From the NCBI RefSeq assembly GCF_018350175.1, contig NC_058368.1:63180001-63244000 (forward strand): a stretch of DNA of 64,000 nt, written 5' to 3'. The notes beneath the pieces are model-generated. The model ran no database searches and was not told where the DNA came from. It saw nothing but the letters and a program-made list of their open reading frames with translations. Each line of letters starts with the position of its first letter. Position 1 is the stretch's first letter. The translations under genes were made by a program, and so were the position numbers. This DNA is from Felis catus (taxonomy: Eukaryota). Positions 63,450 through 64,000 of this stretch are shown piece after piece.

Positions 63450-64000
63450 TTTTATCTTGAATCTGCTCCCCTTTCACAAGGACTTTTCTTACAGAATGCA
63501 TTTATGCCTTCCCTTTGAAACTACTTGCTCTAAACTCCATCTATAGCAAACTTGTCAGTAGGACTGTCGAAGGAAGCAGTCAAATTCAGTATACAACTGT
63601 TTTCCATATGAGTAACCACCATTTTCCTCTCCCATCACAGAGAAATAGATTGCCAAAATTGAACCTTTGTTATTTGTGATCAGGTCGTGGAAGTGGAAGC
63701 TTAATTCTCTGATGAACTGTGCCCACAAGTTTGAAGGGGCACCAAAGTCTGTGGGTGGGCAGGGAGTCAGCACTGAGCAGAGGTGCAAGATAGATGGGAA
63801 AATGAAAAATTTTAAATACAGATAAGAGAATAGGAAGAAAAAGAAACCAGAAAGTAAGGCTCTGAAGAGGAAAGAAGACGAAAGCAAAAGAAGCAGAAGT
63901 GTGTATTTTGCACCTTGTGAAACATTCTGTGTGTGCGGTATAGGGTGGAACAAAGAGCTTTCACAGTCTCCACAGAATGTTCAGATGGAGTATGTGTTTC

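Noticed and set aside
63555..63953. 132-aa hydrophobic minus-strand ORF
   Set aside because: Low-complexity result of a purine-rich plus strand; no homology or splice support

Overview
AT-rich mammalian non-coding DNA, intronic or intergenic. Its many tRNA-derived CAN-SINEs, including a young CpG-rich SINEC_Fc-type copy, and a cat-type L1 point to a carnivore, most likely a felid. I can support no intact host protein-coding gene. The window is a patchwork of transposable elements: about 23 CAN-SINE copies, a 4.9 kb 5'-truncated L1 with a 15-bp TSD, older L1, L2 and MIR fragments, MaLR/ERVL/ERV1 LTRs, and MER5, MER20 and MER44 DNA transposon relics. The most notable element is a minus-strand endogenous retrovirus remnant (about 5774-8450). 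It carries a decayed but clearly betaretroviral (HERV-K/MMTV-like, class II) env, a polypurine tract and a complete 3' LTR with a forkhead-motif cluster, but no recognisable pol, gag or 5' LTR. Several atypical L1-mediated insertions are also visible: a TSD-flanked 350-bp orphan insert, tail-only inserts, a stuttered micro-L1, a SINE pair inside one TSD and a tailless SINE. A few minus-strand splice-site pairs, including an 18-nt microexon candidate, may belong to a host gene. Repeat subfamily names come from recalled consensus similarity and need RepeatMasker/Dfam confirmation; boundaries of old elements are approximate.
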